Source: Antechinus flavipes
Taxonomy: Eukaryota
DNA: 64,000 bases
Direction: 5' to 3'
Assembly (NCBI RefSeq): GCF_016432865.1
Contig: NC_067399.1
Span: 636,430,001-636,494,000, forward strand
Positions 53,933-64,000 of this stretch are shown one piece after another. The notes beneath the pieces are model-generated. The model searched no databases, was not told the origin of the DNA, and saw only the letters and a list, made by a program, of their open reading frames with translations. Positions within the stretch are counted from its first letter, which is position 1, and every line of letters starts with the position of its first letter. The position numbers and the translations under genes are program-made.

Positions 53933-56900
53933 CTAGCTCAGTAGCTGCCGGATCTCCTTGTGCATGTGACACAGAAAGTCTACATAGGATGCACCCCCAT
54001 TCAGGCTCTTGTCCTCCACCAGGAAGTGCTTGAACAACATCTCCAATTTGTCCTCTTGCTTCACCACGATGAGCTGGTGCAGAGCAGAGATTACATGGGA
54101 GGATGGTAGAAACAAACCAACCCAACGTCTCTCCTCCACCATGACTCCCCAGGATCATCCTTGGCCCCATAAGACCTTGGGAAGTGAATGATACAAGGGG
54201 AACTTGGGAAAAGACCAGTACCTTCATATATCGGGATCTCTGTGCACGGAAGCTATCGATGAGGTCACGCACCCTTTTAGACAATGGGTTCTCCAGGACT
54301 GGCAGGGCACTCTAAGAAACAAAGAATTCATGGTTTCCCCTATGGCCAAGTCACCATATCTCAGCCCTGTCCTCAATACAGACCCATGAAGCAAAGACAA
54401 TGCCTCTCTAATACCTGGAAAAGACCAGCAGATCCCATACAAGGAACCAGGGTTCCTGAAACTGCCTTTGCTCATTAACATCACCCACAACCCTCTTTCC
54501 CCCTCCCAGATTCCCTGGAAGCCCAGCTCCTCACCAGGCCACTGTTAATCTGGGTGAAGGAAGGAACGCTGAAGAGGCTCTGGACAACACCTTGCTGCAC
54601 ACTGGCCCCAACCCAGAGGAAAAGGTTAAGCCCATTCTCCAGTAAGTACACATCTCCCTTGCTGAGGCGCTCCTCAGAGGCCCGGACAGCTGGTGGTTCT
54701 GCACTGCTTTCCACTGGAACCTTTGTCTGGATTGGGGAAGGGAAAGAGGATCAGACCGCCGGAACCAATAAAACCCTAAACAAGATAATGCCAACTTGGT
54801 CAGATTCTTTTCTCTTTCAGGCCAGGCTCTCGGCTTCTCATTGGTGTTGACCTTCTTCCCCTCCTCCTCCCCCAAGTTCACTTTCTTCCTAGCAGGAGCT
54901 CACACACCAATCCTCATCCTCACCAGCGGCAGGAGTCGAGGATAGAAGAAGACATTGGTTTCAGCCACATCCATGGAAGTGACCAACTGCCGGACATAGG
55001 CCCGGTCATCAGTGGTGACCTCAGCCCCCGGCTGCAGGACATCACTCTTTAGTACGCAATTCAGGTAAACAGGGAGAAGCTTCATGCACTCTGGAAGGAT
55101 GAGCTGAGGGAGGAAGAGGAGGAAAACTGAGGCGCACTGGGCAATTCCTCTCAAAACCAGCCCTGGCTTCCTCCCTTCTTTTCATCACCTTTGCAGCACA
55201 ACATAAGGTCCATTCCCAACAACACACTTGCATCCACCCCTTGTTCCCAAACCTGTCCAGCAGAAGACGGGCTGGCGCAGTTCTTTCGGTAACAGGCCAA
55301 GATCTGGGCACATTGGCTGATGAGAGCATCACGTACTGTCTTCACAGGACTACTCAGTACCCCCCGGTATGCTGAGAGAGGAAAAATGCAAAATAAATCA
55401 TTACAAGTCACCCTGCTATAAAAAGACACAAATAGTAACAACTAACATTTACATAGTGCCTTAAAGTTTGCAAATGTGTTGCAAATATCATCTTGCTTCA
55501 TCCTCACAACAACCCTAAGAAGGAGTGCAGCTATTCTTATTCCCTTTTTTAAGGATAAAGAAACTGAGACAGAAGAGGTTATTAGGGGAAGTGCCCATGG
55601 TACTCATCTCACATTCATCTCATCAAACCTAAATAGACAATCCTCCAAGTCCTGTCCCCCACTAGTCCTTGCCTACTCAAGTGCCCATCTCTCACCAAAC
55701 TTGGCCAGGTAGTTGATGAGCGTATCAGTCTCACAATTCCGATACAAGTCAGCCAGCTGGGTGCAGCAGTTCAGTGACAGGTTGTGAATGCGGAGCCTCC
55801 GCTGCCCAGCACAGCTGGTATAGAGCAGGGCACACTGGATAAGCAGATATGATCAAGAGTCAGGCGGAACCTGCACCCTTTCTCACCCCCCACTCACCTC
55901 CTCCTTCTCCCTCCTCTCTCCCTTCCCTTCACACATAGCAGAATGATTTGGGAGGGTCGAGTAGTATGGACCTGTGATGTCACTGGCCTATGTAGGGAAT
56001 CTGGCATCAAGTTGATCAGCAATTCTTGGCCAAATAAATGACTGTTAGGGTAGTGTGCCCAGGATCATGAAGCCACCATTAACACGAATGGAATTCCCAG
56101 AATGGCTCCTCACAGAGACTCACTGTCATTTCCTTGCGGTTTCATTTTCTAACCTGGATGAGGGCTCCACTATCTTCACTGAGGCGATCATCATGCTTGA
56201 ATTCTACAGTCACCGTCTTGTCTCCATCCAGACCTGCCAGCTCCACATCTGTCGTGTTGCTCATGTAGAAGGCCCCAAAGAAATCTGTAGCCCGGATACC
56301 TGAGACCACAAAGACAGGGCCAGGACAAAGGCCCTACGTCACAGCAGCTCAACAAACCTCACCTGAAACCTCCCTCCTTTATAGGTTTCCTCCTGTCCCA
56401 GGACCAACCAGTGCTCGTCCGGACCCGCATCACAGCATCAAAGCCGACGTCCTTCTGTACATCCCGGCGTAGGTCACTGAGGAAGCGCTCCTGGTCACTT
56501 TCCACCTGCATTTTCCCAGGCCTCAAGTCATATCACTGACTACCCTCCATCCACCCATCAGATACTTCCATGAATTACTCCTCCCGGGCCCCTCAAGCCC
56601 ACAAGCTGTCTCTAAACACTGTCATCAACAGTCTAAGTAGGATGGAAACTCCCAACTCTGCCACATCTTTGCTATTGGTTTGAGTGTTCACAATCCATAC
56701 CTGGAAGCAAGCGTACTTGTAGATGGAGCCACCAGTATGGTGGGGTACTACCCCAAGGGTGGCCACATCTACATACTGGTTAGGAAAGAGAAACAGGTCC
56801 ACACAGCAACCCTGGGCCACACACTCCTTGGCCAGGGACTGATAGAAGCCCGTTTGTGGCTGGAAAAGAGTCTGGAAAAGGAGAGAAAGAGACAAAGTTA

Positions 56901-59900
56901 CAATCAACAAATATTTCAATACTTACTGAGTATTGTGTAAGATACAAAAAATGTATCGTGTCTACAGGGAGCTACTATGAATCCCAGCTTATTTCTGAAG
57001 AAGGGTGAAAGGCTAAGTGAGAAGCAGGGAACGTGTCAAGAGGTACACGCTTGGTAGGGATAAGGAATGATCATCTAGGCCTTGCCCCACCCCACCTTCT
57101 CCTTGTCAGTGTTAAGCAGCTTCCTGTCATCTCGATTCTTCAGCTTCCCTGGGGCTTCTGCAATGGGTAGAGATGTATGGAACAAAAACAGCTTCCCTGG
57201 ACACTCAGCAGCCTGTAGATGAGGCAGGAAGGAGAGCCATGAACAGCTACTAGGCAGATGCTTCTTTCTAGTAGCTAATAACTGAAGGGGCTGGAGTCAT
57301 ACCTGACACGCTCTATCCTAACCACCCCATTACAGTGCTGTGCCTACCTTCAGGGCCTCCATTCCAGCCTGAATCACAGGAGCAAAGACTGTCTCTGTCT
57401 CCCTTGTATCTGCAAACATTTCTGGAATCTGGTCCAGCAAACTGAAGGAGTACAAAAAGTCAGTCTGAACATTTCCCTCCATCATCTTCCTACCCAGCTA
57501 GGGCCCAACGGTCAAACCTTCCAACTGCACACTGTACTCCCAATTACAATTTAATCCAGCACATGTTAGATGCAAGGTACTGTGTCAAGTAATGGGGATG
57601 TAAACAGAAAGTAACACAGGTCCTACTCTCAGGAAACTTACCATCTATTAAGAAAATTAAGAAATGAATTCTATTAACTATAAGGACAGAATATAACTAC
57701 CAAAGAGAAGTAGAAAGGACAATGAGAAATTTGAAAAAAGAAGTCTCAGCTTGTTGCAAGGAGGGGAGAAGGCAGCCCCAGAAGTGGCAAGTTACAGGAA
57801 ATGAAAAGTTTTTATGAAGTACGGAGGTTCCTAGAGCGGGAGTATCGATTGGATGGTACAGCCTCTGTGTGACAGGTAGAAATGGAGGATGGAGCCAGAT
57901 GATGAAAAGTTTTGAGAAGTAGGCCAAGTTCTTATTTTATTAAGGAGGCAAAGAGGAGCACAGAAGTTTTTCAGGAGGAAAACTTAATTGGAGGAGGATG
58001 TTCAGAAGATTACTTAGGCAACAATAAGAAGGATGAAAGCAGAATCCCACCAGAGACCTTGGGAGCCAAAACCAAAGATCTCCCTAGAAAGCTGCTGCCT
58101 GTTCCCTTCCCTCTCTCAACCTCCATCCTAAATTACTGTGACCCCAATAGCTGGCCCAGGACCCCACCTGGTGATGACTGTCCGGGACTCACTGACGTTG
58201 ACCAGGAAGCCATCCAGCAGCGGCACAAACATGTCGGCCACATCAGACACCACCATCATCTGGGGCTGGGCCAAAGAGCTCTTCACGTTGTAGAAGTGCA
58301 GCACTTTGTTATAAGTGACAAAGCCGACCCGGACAGCTGACTCCTCGGCCCCGCCCTCCCTGTAGGAGGGGACACTCCTCAGCAGATGCTCCCTTCCATC
58401 TACATGCCAGACACCCCATCATCCAGAAGGTTGTCAGGCTAGTGGTCACTTTAGCAACCTGGCTGTCCCGTGACCCCAGAGAGAAAGGAAGAAATTAGGC
58501 CTCTCACCTAGGCAGGAAGTCCAAGAGCGATTTGAGTTCCTCACAGAGGAGCTTGACAAGGCCACTTCTCACAGCATTGTAGGAGACGTCGATCATGAAG
58601 ATGAAGGCAGGGGGGCGAGGGAACTTGTTGTTCTGAGGTAGAAAACAGCATGAGGGGAAGGAAAAATTATCAAGAGGGTGACAGAAGAGCAGGAGGAAAA
58701 AACAGAAAAGAAGGAAGATGGGCCCAGACAGAGGCAGCCTCTGACCTTACCTTGCAGTAATCCACAGTAGCCAGGAATTCATAAGAGCCCAGGGAAAGCT
58801 CAGGCCGGTCATAAAAGTCCACCCGTTTACCAGTATGATCCAGGTGTTGGAAATACTGGGGAGGAACTGTTAAAGGGGATGACAGAATGTTACCCAAAAA
58901 AAAAAAAAAAAAACCATTTTGTCAACTTCCATGAATAAGAAAGGGGCAGCCTATACTGAAACTCTTTAAACGCTTAGCTTCACACTTCCATACATTCTCA
59001 TTTCCCCAATATCCTTCATATGAAGCAATCAATGACTGCTGTATCCCAAACATATCTCTCCACCCCGCCCTACCCCGCCTCACCCCCTCCCCACTCCCCT
59101 ACCTCCTACCCCCGAGACTGACCTTCAGTAACACAGCTGCAAAAACAGCACTGGAAGCGCCTCCCGCCTTCAATAAACTGCATAAAGGGACACATGTAGG
59201 CTTTGCAACGATTGCAGCGCACAGGGCCTGATTCCCCATGATCCACCACATATGGAGGGGCCTAGAGAAGAGAGGGGAGGAGCTGAGACACAGGGAAACT
59301 AGGGTGGGTCAGGCATCAGGACAAGGGAAAGGAATGACGACTTGGGGATGGGGGGAAGGCAGAGATGGAAGAAGGGAAAAAGGGAAGGGAGCAATGGTCA
59401 CAGAAAATATGTCCCTCAAAGTATGAATACTATAATCTCCCCCATCCCTAAATATAAATTCTCTCCTTAGTGAGTTGAAGATTGGCAGTGCTCATCCCAT
59501 TTAGTTGAGGGCTGTAATAGAAACTAAGAAGGAAATTCCCATCTTCTTCTGGAAACTTTTACTTCAGACCCTGTTTTCATTCCTCACGCTCAGAGCTGAA
59601 GATTCCTTGTCCTCTATCCTCAACTCCTCCTAAATATGTGAGATTCCTGCCCTCCCCTGAAGTATCTATAACTTCTGCCCTCCACCATTCCTAAGTATCA
59701 GTGACTCCTGTTGTTCCCTTATGTTGATGAACACCAGCAGGTGAGAATTCTCCAGCCAAGTACCTATCTCCTAAGATATGAGCAGAGACATCAAGTAACA
59801 CAGAAATGGAAAGTAGGGGTCTAAACTTTCAGCCAAACTCAGCATAACCCTTCCAAAACCAGATGGGGCATGATAGGAATAGCCATCAATTTAAAGCCAC

Positions 59901-62900
59901 ACTCAACCAGCCCTCCCCTCCACTTCCCATGCCCAGAGGTGTTTTTGAGGTCTCTGGGACACATGTGCTGTGGATCCTCCCACAAGGGTCTTATTTAAGG
60001 CAGCTGCTTAATTATTATCCAAGTAGTCTTATTTGTTAAGGGACTGGGTAACAAGAGAAGGATCTAAGCAGAAGAGAAATATTATCTCTTCAAGTGTGGA
60101 AGATGACAAGGGTGGAAATGGACATGTCAGCTGTGTCTAGAATGGTGTCCCTAGAACTGGTTCCTCAAAGCCCACCCCCTTTATTCAAACTGTCTTTTGT
60201 CAGACAGGCTGGAACAACCTCCAAATCCCCCTACCCAGTCTTATCCCTATTGATTCTTTCTAAACACAGGCCTAAGAATGATAAACAATGAGGCCTTTAG
60301 GCTATATATCCTTACAGCTAAAATGCCATCACTATCTGCACTTGAGGGGAAGAGGCGGGGGGAGGGGAGGAAGAGGTGCGCACAGTAAGCAGTGTGCCAG
60401 ATCCAAGAAAAACTCAAAACTCAAATTATGCCTAAGACACAAACTGTGCAACTTTTCTGAGCCATTTCCTTAGCTGTAAAATGGGATTAATAAAAAAAGA
60501 ACTACTCTATCAAACAAAATAATTCTACATAAAGCACTTTGCAAAATTTAAAGCACTCAATAAACACTGACTCTTCTGACTACCATTTATTCCCACCTCC
60601 TTATTTCCTAACCCCACTGTCCAGGACACTCACCTCCTCAGGGGGCAGCCTGGCCAGTGGCTTGATGACAGCTGCCAGGGGCACCTGAGCCTGCTTGGCC
60701 ATGTCAGATGTGCAAGGGATATTATATGATGTACACCGGATATATCGGGGACTTGCATTCCCTGCAAAAAAAAAAAAAAAAAAGTAGAGACCCAGACTTA
60801 GATCAGTTTCTCTTACATTCCTATGTACAGACCATAAAACCAGTACCAAAGTGAGCCTTGCTGCTTTCCATTAAGGACTATGTCCTAATTAAACATGCCT
60901 AAAACACAATTCTCAAGCTCCAGACTACAGCTGAGTCTACCTCCATCCAATTTATAAAGGTCCCTCAGGGATGGGCAATAAAGGTGATGGTGTCTTGCTC
61001 ACCTTGGTCTTTCACTACAAAGTTGGTGGTAACCAAGGGTGGGACTTGGCCTCGTGCTCCAGTGACAAATGGCTCTGAACCCCGGTTATTCCTGTCATCT
61101 TCAATGACCTGGATCTGTAGGAATGAGGGCAATGAGGTAAATGTAAAAAGGAAGAAACCAGACAACAGAATACAAGAAATGGAAGAGAATGGAGTTGTAC
61201 AACACACTCTTGATGATTCACCAAGTAATATACTTACACATCCCCAACCTTCTCAACTAGGTCCCTCTCCAGTGAGATACCAACAAATGGTTACAAACCC
61301 AATCCTCACCCTTACAATCCCCACTCTCAAGCCAGCAGCATTCCAAAGTGGGCAAAACTAAGGGATGGAGGAGGGATATGTCAGGTGATTGATGAGCTCG
61401 GCAATGAAATCTCAAGCCCCCCAGATTCCACCCTGCCCAACCTCTTTGAATAATTCTAGGGTAATCTAAACACAGACCCTTCAGGTGGATCAGATTCCCT
61501 CTACCCAACATGACTTCCCTTTCTTTCCCATAAGTTACATTCAGAATCAGAAGAAAAACAAGAAGTGACAAGGTGAAAACAAATCTATCTAAAATGATCC
61601 CACACTCAATGGAATGGGCAAATAGGATAAATGGTGAGGTGGGGAGGGGAACAAACACTGCCTTTCTCTCAAAAGGAGCACTAAAGATGAGCACAGGAAA
61701 GATGCTACAGCTTGCTATTCAACTATAATCCTAAAATTCCCCCCTTAATCTTTAGTATAGAAAAGATAACATTATTTTAGACCAGTTTCTCTTTATCCTA
61801 CAAAGATGCTGAAGGGAGGAGAAAAATTTGGTGGGCCAATGATGATATTCATGAGCACCATGGTCTTCTTCAGTCACCCCAAGAAGGGACAAATTAAGTC
61901 AATAGTGAGAAAGAAGAGGACCTGCTTCCAATTCCCCCACCTCATATTCCACAATAATCCATAGCAGAAAGAGGGTAGAAGTCAACATTATTCATGAGTA
62001 CATGAGGAAGAGGTCCAGAACCTGCTATATCATCCCTCAACCCAAGCTGGCAGGGTCCTCTTCTAGACAGTTCAGTCCCTAAGCTATATCCTAAAGCCCC
62101 ATAGACCAGTGCCCCTAAAGAGATTTGGATTCACCACAATAGGTAAACTAGCATCAAAATGGGGAAGACCTGACCCCTACTCTCACCAAGTCTTAACCAT
62201 AATGCCTCACAGAAGCTGGGGGAGGGATTTATCAGATGAGGCAAGTGGAATGGCTGCTTACTTCTATCATTAGCTTTCTAGAAACTTCACCTCCATTCTT
62301 CATTGCTGCTGTTCCCAGCCCTCTACTTTCTTTGCAACATAGTAAGCAGAGAAATGCATGCTGTTCCTGCCAGTGGGGAGATGGGTGGGTTGAAGGATGA
62401 AAGGAACTGGGGAAGGGGTGAACACAGTCAATGAAGTGAAGTTGAAGTCACGGCATGCACAGGTGGCACCAACACGGAGAAGACACGCACTCCCCACCCC
62501 CGGACTTACTGGGCTAGGAATGGCATCAGGGTCTATTCTGTGCCTGGTTTTCTGCTGAGGAGGCAGCTCATTGAGTTGCTTTTAGTTTGTTTTAATAATA
62601 AAGGCAGCAAAAAGACACACGGAGAGAAACAAAAGAACAAGCAAATGTTACTTCTCTCAGCCCTGATGGAGTTAGACATATACATCTGGAGCTTTGAAAA
62701 CATCGTGAAACCAGGTTCCCTCTGGGTGTGGAAACCCCTACATCCCTGGCTTCTCAGCTCAAAGGCTCTGGTGGCTCAGTGTGACATAGGAAGACAAGGA
62801 ACAGGGCACAGACGGATGCCAAGCAAGGAGAATATGGGGAAGATCTGGGCAGACAGTGACACTCCACAGAGGAAAAAGGATGTTCCCACTTGACCAGTCA

Positions 62901-63684
62901 CAGAGCAGGTAGCCACCTAGGAGACCCACTCATCATCTCACTGAAATAGTATGACCTCAAACCAGCTGGCCTTCTATTGCTCCAAAAGAGCTCCAATTAC
63001 TTGGGAAAAGCTTTGCTCACTCTACCCCTCAGCCAGGCAGGCTGCCATCACAGTAGTGGCTCCTCCCCAAGGATCAGCCCCACAGAGAGTAGGAAGAGAA
63101 CACAATGAAATATGATAACTTGAAAGTATTAGTGAGTGAGCAACACACCAAATGCTGTAACTGGAATGGTCAGGAAGCTGATTCAAGAGAGAGCAGCCCC
63201 CTGGCATCTAGCCTGATTCTTAGTGGTTCTGAAGTCTCTAACCACCTTCAGGGACAAAATTAATTCTTTCTGAAACATAGTAGTTCTGCTGTAGGCTTTT
63301 CAATTCATATGCCCATAATGAACATGGAAAAAACCCTCCTTCCCTTAGTATCAATGAAACTGGAATGTTCCAGGGAGGAGAGTCTATCTAAACAGGAAAA
63401 ATGGTCTTAGCCCATGCTCCAAAGATGAGGTGATCAGTTCCCAAGAGTTTCAAGGTATATCCACTGTGACATATCTCACTAAAATTGACCACAGCTCCAC
63501 AAAGTCTGGAGGATCATATTATGTCCTGCCCTAACACAATATTCCTCCCTCCTCCCCTTACTGGAAATGATAACAATCAAAATTTACTCTAAACTTTGCA
63601 CCAAAAAAAAAAAGAAGATGAGAGAAAAGGGCTGAAGTATGTTGCTTAAGATTTGTTCCCATTCTCTTAACTTAGCATGAACAC

Positions 63685-63725
<41 letters not shown>

Positions 63726-63934
63726 ACTCACACATGTGTTCATTACTCCTGGCACACAGATGCACAAACAGACACAGTCACAAGACAGTGTACCTACAGG
63801 ACTGGGAATAGAGTCAGGATCCAAGCGCTTAGGAGGAGGTGGCTGAGGAGGCCCAGGCTGACCAGCAAAGTTGGGTGCTCCAGAGTAGGACCCCCCATAA
63901 TTGGGTTGAGGGCCTCGAGCTGGTCCAAAGGAGC
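53933..63934 (-). CDS. SEC24C: COPII cargo adaptor SEC24C, 3' portion (5' exons beyond the window end)
   Basis: Exons: 63934-63798, 62578-62510 (cassette), 61114-61003, 60761-60634, 59261-59123 (Zn finger CNRC..CCFC), 58866-58751, 58632-58508, 58359-58168, 57441-57348, 57212-57096, 56871-56701, 56505-56409, 56299-56154, 55834-55696, 55371-55253, 55103-54924, 54726-54535, 54311-54222, 54073-53933 (..[18 protein letters not shown]). All GT-AG, phases consistent. Confidence 0.97.
55425..55605 (-). mobile_element. MIR SINE in a SEC24C intron
   Basis: aacatttacatagtgccttaaagtttgcaaa...atcctcacaacaaccctaaga...aaggataaagaaactgagacagaagaggtta. Confidence 0.8.
57560..58050 (-). mobile_element. L2 LINE fragment in a SEC24C intron
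   Basis: tgcaaggtactgtgtcaagtaatggggat..aaacagaaa...cctactctcaggaaacttaccatcta, followed by purine-rich L2-like sequence. Confidence 0.5.
60440..60570 (+). mobile_element. MIR SINE fragment
   Basis: ttctgagccatttccttagctgtaaaatgggattaata...taaagcactttgcaaaatttaaagcact. Confidence 0.7.
63686..63720. repeat. (CA)n microsatellite, (TG)n on the SEC24C sense strand
   Basis: About 17 uninterrupted CA units with degenerate flanks. Confidence 0.97.
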
Positions 63935-64000
63935 CTGCAAGGCAAAGTTACAAGGATTAAAACCACCATGTTCCTCCCTAACCTCTCTCACAAAGCCTAA

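Overview
Mammalian genomic DNA, probably marsupial (inferred from dense MIR/MIR3/L2 relics, RTE-clade LINE remnants and the degree of divergence from human proteins as I recall them). It is the gene block syntenic with human 10q22.2. Order: 3' half of CAMK2G (+, variable linker and hub exons, 3'UTR to ~17460); NDST2 (+, 13 coding exons, 883 aa); ZSWIM8 (-, 26 exons, ~1833 aa, one exon partly hidden by a 132-N gap); CHCHD1 (-, 3 exons, 118 aa); FUT11/POFUT4 (-, 3 exons, 483 aa); 3' part of SEC24C (-, runs off the window end). I walked exon boundaries by hand; every visible junction is GT-AG and phase-consistent. The most interesting signals concern isoforms and regulation. (1) A frame-preserving 126-nt candidate CAMK2G cassette exon (11761-11886) that I do not recognise from known isoforms; it encodes a CaMKII/14-3-3 consensus (LARAQSEP) and an internal ATG that could give a kinase-less hub protein. 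(2) An NDST2 intron filled by a GC-rich minisatellite that stays in frame until its own acceptor TAG. (3) A duplicated NDST2 5'UTR acceptor coupled to uORFs. (4) A 69-nt SEC24C cassette exon duplicating the DPD(A/S)IPSP motif. (5) A ~118-bp duplication from the FUT11 3'UTR. (6) Very tight gene junctions. No tRNA, rRNA or CRISPR features were seen. Comparisons with human sequences are from memory and need alignment.
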